A stretch of 64,000 bases of DNA, taken from contig OZ024741.1 of NCBI GenBank assembly GCA_964016885.1, forward strand, positions 59,272,001-59,336,000, read 5' to 3'. Both the position numbers and the translations under genes were made by a program. Each line of letters begins with the position of its first letter. Position 1 is the first letter of the stretch. Positions 56,330 through 64,000 of the stretch are shown here, piece by piece. The notes below the pieces were generated by a model. That model searched no databases. It had not been told where the DNA came from and saw nothing but the letters and a program-made list of their open reading frames with translations. This DNA is from Eledone cirrhosa (Eukaryota).

Positions 56330-58095
56330 TTAGAATCAGAACTAAACAAACACGGAAACAGAAAGAAAATTGAAGGACATGAAAGCTGAGAGAGCCTTCA
56401 GTGGGTCACAAATTCAGAATGTATCAAGAAGCTAGAAGAGAAGCTAGGCACCAGGTACAAGAAATTTGAGCATGTTCTGTGCTGTGAGGTTCAAAGGTAA
56501 GAGGTGTTCAAGATTTCAAGGTATTGTGTGTGGGAGAATCTCGATGTTGTTGGGGAGAAATCCATCTGAAATGGCAGTGGTGCACTTACTCTCATCAATA
56601 CTGAGAACTAAGATATATGGAAGAGCCATTATGAGAAACTTTTAAATGAGGAGAATACATTGGTCTAGACACAACAGAGGTATCAGCCATCTAAATTAAT
56701 AGCAGTATAGTAAGGTAAATAAGGATATAAAGACAGGCAAAGTATCTGGTCTATCTGGGATAGTAATTGAAATGTTAAAAGTATTTGGTTGGGTGGAACA
56801 CTCACTAACTACATGGTTAGTAAATCAAGTAATACAGGATGGTATTACAATGACTGGTGTAGCAGCAGCATCATTGTCGATTGCTACAAGGGCAAATAAT
56901 ATGCACTGGGTAGAGGAAACTATGGAGGTATCAAGTAGGACCAGGTCATGAAAGTTACTGAAAGAGTAATTGCATAACTAATTAAGGATAGAATTAACAT
57001 AGTTAAGATACAGTTTGGCATAATACCCTGTAAAGGTTCCAAAGATGCCCTCTTCTTTGTGAGACAGTTGCCTCTATTTAGCATTTATTGATCTAATAAA
57101 ACCAGGATTCCCTGTTTCACAATTTAGTGGGCTCTTAGAAAACTAGGGTAAAGGAATGGCTTATAAAGGTAGTTCAAGCCATGTTCAGAGGTGAGTCAGT
57201 AAAGTTTGAGTCAATAATGAATATTGTGATGAATCAGTATGCAGGCAGGGGTCTCCATCTACCAGTTTATTATTGTCCCCTTGGCCATAACAGAAGTTAA
57301 AACTGACTGCCCATGGGAACTCCTATATGCTGATGATCTAGTTCTCTTGCCGAAACTGTAGCAATATTAGAAAAGAAATTCCAGATATGGAAACAAAATC
57401 TGAAATGAAAATGCCTCAACAAAGATGAAAATTCTAATAAGTAAAAAAAAAATAGGGCCCTGATTCCTTCAAGTAAATGGCCTTGCACAGTATGCAGAAA
57501 TGGAGAAGATAGAAATTCTGTCTTATATATAAAATGTAAGCTATGGGTACACAAGAGATATGGGATTGCAGGCAGGCTAGTATAAAATGTAGGCCTTGTA
57601 TATGGATGATGTACAGAAGCAGTAATCAACAGAAGGAAAGCCCACAGAAAACAAGCCATATTGAATATTGAGTTGGCTTCCTAGAGATAGTTGACAGCTT
57701 CCTGGTGCCACAATGAAAAGTACCTTGTTCACCTTGTAAGATGGTAGTGCTGGTGCCAGGTCAAAAAGCACCCAATCCATCTCATAAGGTGGTAGTGCTG
57801 GTGCCACTATGAAAAGCACCCAGTTCACCTTGTAAAGTAGTAGTACTGGCATAATGATAAAATGCTTCCAGTATATCTTGTAAAGCAGTTGGCATTAGGG
57901 AGAACATCCAGTTGTAGAAACCATGCTACTTTTACAGGCTGTGAAGTGGTTGGTGTTAGCAAAGGTATCTAGCCATGTAAACCAAGCCAAAATGGAATGT
58001 TCTAGCAGGACACTGTCACTTTATTGGTTTGGTCTCAGCATGCATCTAACACATGAAAGCATGGAAAATAAACATTAAACGCTGATGATGTTGAT
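56330..58095 (+). mobile_element. Old decayed RTE LINE with about 42-bp degenerate repeats and 3' tail
   Basis: Homologous to 1-1257 and 17753-20209 with many stops (CPWELLYADD at about 57307-57337). RTE-type 3' UTR at 57880-58095. Confidence 0.8.
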
Positions 58096-58444
58096 GAGAG
58101 ATTTAAAGTGACTCAAACAGTATGGGACAATGCTGGCCCTTTGAATTAATGGTACAGTCCATCTGACAGGTCAGGCTTCCAAACAGTTTCTGTCTACCCA
58201 ATTTCACTTTCAAGGCATAGGTTACTCTAAGACTAGGGTAAATGAGAATTTCCCAAGATGCTATGCAGTGGGATTGAACTCGAGACCTAATGATTGTGAA
58301 GTGAACCACTAACCATTTGACCATGCAGTATCTAAGCTATTTGCCATGATGCAACTTTAAAATGACATCCTTGAATTCCTGTTAAAAATCTTACTTATTT
58401 TATCAACTTGAGATGTAGATTAATATAAATTATTTCTACTGTTT

Positions 58445-59216
58445 AAATTAAGTGCCATGAAGAACAAGCAGTTTTCCTCTGTCTGGTAGCTATTGCAAAG
58501 GAGGCGATCTTGAAGAAGAAGCTGAAAAGACTGAGGATAGACGATACATTCCTCTTCAAGTTTTATGAGTTCTTCTTGAAAAGGAAGGTAAAGGTAAAGA
58601 AAGAACTGTTGCTGCCCAGTATATTTGTTAAAATGTAGATGAGTGTGGTAAGAATGGCCCATTTGATTAGGCCTATTGTAAGTATGCACCAGTATGTTTG
58701 AAAGAACAGAGAGGAGAGGGGCATTTACCTTTGCTTATGGAGCGTGTAGCTGAGTGGTTACACAATTAGATTCGCAATCGTGAGATTATGAGTTCAAATC
58801 CCAGACCAGGCTATGTGTTATGTCCTTGAGCAAGACACTTTATTTAACATTGCTCCTTCTGCTTGGATTTGCAACCAGTAGATAGCATTAGCAATTGGAA
58901 AAACCAATGGAGATATTGTTTCCTTGGTCCGATTTGACAAGCTCTAGCCCACTCATTAAATGAAGGAGGTCTGGGATCTTGTCAATCAACTGTTCTATGG
59001 TGATTTTAGTGATAGGGGTGTTCTCAGATCTGTGTGGCTACTTAATTACTCCTGGTTGGTTGTTATTTATTGAAATTTTGTTGTTATTTATTGTTATTGT
59101 GATACATGTTTATTTTTCTGTTTACACATCTATATTTAAATCATCACAGTCCTTATTTAATTGTATTGTATTTAATGGTTTCAGCCCCAATGGCCAATAA
59201 AGAAATCATTATTATT
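58445..59216 (+). mobile_element. Possible L1/Tx1-type LINE 3' remnant with nested SINE (58738-58860)
   Basis: Plus frame reads AVFLCLVAIAKEAILKKKLKRLR..LKRKVKV, resembling Tx1-like C-termini from recall. Ends AATAAA + (ATT)n. The SINE has GAGTTCAAATCC and TGTCCTTGAGCAAGACACTT. Confidence 0.4.
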
Positions 59217-59749
59217 TAAATTAAGTGTTGTAAGTTTAATTAAATTACAAAAAAGTAACAACAAAAAAATGAAGTAAAGCTTCCTGTTTCATTTTAATGG
59301 CAGTTGCAGGAAAATTCTGAGCCACTTCAACTTCAGCAATCGTTCATTAATGTTCAACATATTCTCATCCATGTGAAGGGTAAGTGTTTTTTTTTTTTCT
59401 TTACATACATTATTGAGTTTTATTTTCTCTTGTGATTTTTAGCTTTTCATCATTTAACTTTTCATTTCCTGACAAATTGGAGAATTGAAATGATACTTCT
59501 TCCATTGACAGGATTTCATTGCTTTTTATTGACTGATTTTAGTTTAAAAATCTCCTTTAGAGATATATATTGAACAGCCTGCAGTAGTAATAGGAAAACA
59601 CTAAACTAAACTAAAAAACATAAATGTAAACCAAATGAAACATTTAATCCAGAAGGCAAACAGGAGAGAAAGAAAGGAAAATCAGTGAAAAACTTCATTG
59701 TAAATTTATTTCTACTCATTATTATCTTTATTATTATTATTATTATTAT

Positions 59750-59805
<56 letters not shown>

Positions 59806-60262
59806 TCATTTAAATTTTTTTAAATGCTTTGAAATTTTACTTGAAATTTATTTATATTTTATTTTATATCTTTCGAAAACTGCTCTGTATTTTGTAAATT
59901 AAATTTTAATAGACATTTATTTAAATCTTATTTGATGTAAGCCCCCCCCCCCCCACACACACACACCTTGGGATTTCCTGTTGTCTTATTCCGTCAATTT
60001 TAACATGGTGATGAGAATGATATTCCTTATTTTTACTTCTAACCAATGTCACTGTTGAAAGTTTATCTGAAATGATGTACACTATTAATCTATCACACAA
60101 GATAAATGGAGGAGGGGTTTATGATATAAAGCTACTATGCAAGACATTGTGGCTTTATATTTGAAAATCTGGTTGAACATTCTACATCACTATATACTTT
60201 TGATACAATATGTAAATGTGGAGTTAGCTCTTAATGTCCTGTACCACATAAAACTGCATTAA

Positions 60263-60472
60263 CCCTTTAGCATTTAAATCAGACATATTCGACCAGAATT
60301 CTCTCACATCTTTCTGTTCAAACCAACCCTAACTGGCCACCCATACCAATGATATCCCAAAATAAATAACATCAAAATCTCGTAGATTCTATATTATGTG
60401 AGATATTATGTGAGATAAAGCCTTTACCACAAAAATACAATAGCATAATAGAGTAATGTAAATGGTAAAGAG
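60263..60472. mobile_element. TTAA-flanked piggyBac-like MITE
   Basis: TTAA|CCCTTTAGCATTTA...TAAATGGTAAAGAG|TTAA. Same family as 10284-10504. Confidence 0.65.
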
Positions 60473-61528
60473 TTAATAAAGCATCCTGAAAAGTACATGT
60501 GTGTATGTATGACTACATCACATTAAAAATTAAAGTATTTAGTTTACAGCAAATTTTCACCACCTGTCCTTATGTAACTATATGATAAATGTTTGAATTA
60601 ACCGACTACATGAAACCATGTTAACAAGATATACTTGAAAAGTCAAAACAGCTCTAAGAGTGCATTACATGACAAATTTAACCTTTTCTCTAATACTGCA
60701 AGTTTCTCACAACAATCTGTCCACAAGTAAAGATACTATGAATATTTGAATTAACAAACCACATTAGCAAAACATTCTTGTAAAGTATAAAACAGCACTA
60801 TAACTACACCACATAAAAATTAAAGTCTTTACTCTAATACTATAAATGTTCACAACAATCTGTTCACAAGTAACTATACAACACATATTTGAATTAACAA
60901 AACTATTTTTACATATTTTCTGCTAAATCATTGCAAGATGCGAACAGTTAAATTGGGAATCTCTGGTATGATTAATAGACCTAGTTAGTGCGTATTTTAA
61001 AATGTTCATATTTCTATTAAAACCTTCCATCATAGTTTAAGAAATTTTTAAAAGCAATGTTTGAAATATTAGCTTAGTAGTGAAATGGTTAGTCATTTCA
61101 TTAAATTCTTCAAATTTAAAAAATTAATAAGTCAGTACTGGCTTGATCTATGTAAACCCATCCATCCCTTGCTAGCAGGGAAAACGGACATTAAAACAAT
61201 GATGATGATAAGCAGTGCTTTTCATTTGAAATTTGGTATCAAGAGTTAAGTGAGTTACATAAAGCTCACTCATAAAGTTCAGTTCAGTGTTCTGAACCAA
61301 TTCTTGACTTATGAGCTGCAAGATAAATTAATCATACACTCCATTATGATGTGTCTACTCACAGTTACTATTCAACTATTTTTGGACAGTAAACTGTAGA
61401 TACGCAGAAAATATTCAAATTTGCTTTCTCAGTTCTCAATTTCCCAAATATTACTGTCTAGACTAATTGTTTATTTATGTAAATATTTGTTTTAATATCT
61501 ATATTTTTCATACACACACACGTACTTG

Positions 61529-61613
<85 letters not shown>

Positions 61614-61681
61614 ACATATATATAAAAACATATATATAAACACATATATATACACACATATACATACACATACACGCACAC

Positions 61682-61724
<43 letters not shown>

Positions 61725-62076
61725 AAGAACATATATATATATATAAACACACTCACACTTGTATATACATTTGTATATAATTCTATGTTTTAGCTTGTAT
61801 CATATATTTATATGCCTACAAACCAACCAATTTTGAATGCAACTGGTAAATACTAGCATAGATATAAACATTTCTGCTCATACTATAAAATAGACACAAG
61901 TATGATTGCGTGGTTAAAGAGTTTTTTTGTGCAAAGCACATGGTTTCAGGTTTAGCCCTATAGTGAGGGTACTGGAGCAAGTGACTTCTATTATAGTCAT
62001 AGTTTGATCAATGCTTTGTATGTGAAATTTGGTAGACAAAACTACAGAGGAGTGTCCTATATATAATTATTATTGA

Positions 62077-62255
62077 TGGGCAGTATCGGTAGAGGGTTGG
62101 ACGTCATGCTTTGCAGCATAGAGTTAGGGCCCTTTACGGTCTGAGTTCAAATCCTGCTGAGGTTAACTTTGCCTTTCATCCTTACAGGGTCGATCAAATA
62201 AAGTACCCGTAATGCACTGGGGTAATTGCTGGCCTTGTGCCAAAAGTATAAACAA
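62077..62255 (+). mobile_element. tRNA-derived SINE
   Basis: Close match to the reverse complement of 9964-10145. Confidence 0.85.
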
Positions 62256-62265
62256 TCAGATTATG

Positions 62266-62316
<51 letters not shown>

Positions 62317-62321
<5 letters not shown>

Positions 62322-62562
62322 GCAGTGGAACTAAGGGGGCCAAGGGGGCCATGGCTCCCTCAATTATTATATTTTTCTATCCAAACTACCAAAACATACA
62401 TCTATTTGTATATGTGCTACAATTTATGTACATGTTATGTTTATCACATATCAAAGTTTCTTATATCTTGTTTGATATTTGATAATAACATCTAAACTAA
62501 TCACTACAACTAAATTGACCAAATTTGGCCTCCCCAATTTAGAAATTCTTCCACTACTCCTG
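62317..62562. mobile_element. Possible MITE
   Basis: Imperfect TIRs CAGAGGCAGTGGA / TCCACTACTCCTG in a TA context. Confidence 0.35.
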
Positions 62563-62574
62563 TATATATATAAG

Positions 62575-63480
62575 TAGTAACACAACAGTTAGTTCACCAT
62601 ACCGAGAACAATTGCTTCACCTTATGCGGATCTTCAGCTTGGACCTGTCATGGTTATACGGAACAGGAAGAACAACCGTATGAACGCGCACGCGCAGAAA
62701 CGGTCATTTGACCCAAGTGATACAAAACCATGGGCGAAAGGTGTAAGGGAGGTAACTGCGAAAGTCTGGTAAAGATGTTTATCACATATCGATAATGTGA
62801 TTAGAAAATTAGAATGTTATTGTTATTCAATCCGGAGCTTTATAGTTATTCAAGAGGTGTTTCCAGACATGTGGACAACGTGAGAAGATATCATTACTTG
62901 AATTAATGCAATGGCTATTGCATAATCTCCTTAGAATATTTATCCTTTCATCAATACACAGTCCATAAGACAGATTTCCCCTTTCACTTAGTGATGGCTT
63001 TCCATTGAATGGAGTAGTCTATACCTGAGTCCTTGAGGGACCATACATGGCTCGCGAGTTTCGTGGATTATCGTTTGTCTGGGTACCTAAAGGTCGACTG
63101 ATGGTTCAGGAAGCGTTCTTTAAATCGGCCCTCCGCCATACCCACATAGGATTTGACCTCCTATGGTTGATTTGGTCGGTTGGAAGTGATCACGGCTTCA
63201 TAAACTACAGCGGGTGTGTTGCATTGCTGTTGAAGAGGACAAGCTTCAGGCTTTCGGCAAGAGCATCCTGGTGCCGCTCTTAGAACTGTTGGTGATGTGG
63301 GCCTTCATATTCTTCAGGAGTACCCTAGTTTTACTCTGTGTCTGTTAAAGATGAAGCGGTATTTGTGGCCTATGGGAAAGTGTCTATCTAAGAGGGCTAA
63401 AAACTTTTTTCCTACATTAGTTTTAACGTTGCGTGAGAAGGGAGGAGAGAACCAGATAGTTTGTCTATTGTTACGATTTA
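62575..63480 (-). mobile_element. Decayed Penelope-like fragment with degenerate hammerhead (62602-62642)
   Basis: [60 protein letters not shown]^CTCGG has an A15.1G change. Confidence 0.7.
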
Positions 63481-63572
63481 TATATGTAAAAGGTAAACAT
63501 AAATAACAACACAATTGGTACAGTATATGGAAGGAATATATTAGGTTAACACTTGAAATAGTAGGAAGAGGG

Positions 63573-63608
63573 TCTTAACGTTTCAGACGCTAGTCCTTCA
63601 TCAGAAGA
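63573..63608 (-). ncRNA. Minimal type I hammerhead ribozyme
   Basis: TCTT-CTGATGA-A-GGAC-TAGC-GTCT-GAA-ACGT-T^AAGA. Typical Penelope pseudo-LTR form. Confidence 0.78.
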
Positions 63609-64000
63609 AAGAACGAGAAATAAGATAGATTGAAGGGACGGACAAGGTGGAATTGGAAAAAATGCTTTTAGAGAAAAAATAACAGGTCCATTCATGTTGC
63701 CATCTCTTGGAAAACTGTTGACTCTGGCGTTTTGTGTATGATATACTATTTTAGAAAAGTGGATGATGGAGCGCGTCTACCTCAAATGGAAAAAAATCAG
63801 GTGTGCGTGTGTGTTATTATACGTCCATACGAAACTAAGAGGATATATGTGTGTATATGTAAGTAAAAGAGTGTGTGTGTGTGTGTGCTTGTAAGTACGA
63901 AGCTATGAGCAAAAGTATGTTGATATAAGGGTGTGTGTGTGTATACAGAGTTGTGAAGGGAAAAGTGGAGTATGCGTAAGTTGTTAGTCTCTAAGAGTAT

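Overview
AT-rich, gene-free animal DNA. Its long (TA)n tracts, tRNA-derived SINEs and RTE LINEs suggest octopus/cephalopod (inference). No host exon could be supported. The window is a nested pile of retroelements: several RTE LINE fragments, one apparently intact 1181-aa RTE-type LINE with three C-terminal C2H2 fingers, a CR1-like LINE, about nine Penelope-like (RT/GIY-YIG) fragments, SINEs, non-autonomous Helitrons and TTAA MITEs. The main hidden signal is about 27 type I hammerhead ribozyme (HHR) motifs at about 16 loci, all read by eye. Some sit in 3' UTRs/pseudo-LTRs of Penelope-like elements. Others sit one per monomer in non-coding tandem arrays (317, 466, 541, 558 and 591 bp units) inserted into (TA)n and often ending in an inverted segment. 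These look like families of retrozyme-like non-autonomous RNAs, possibly circular, mobilised by Penelope-like RT/GIY-YIG proteins. Compensatory stem changes and a recurrent U3-A8 core swap suggest selection for the ribozyme fold. Most ORFs in the supplied track are microsatellite artefacts.
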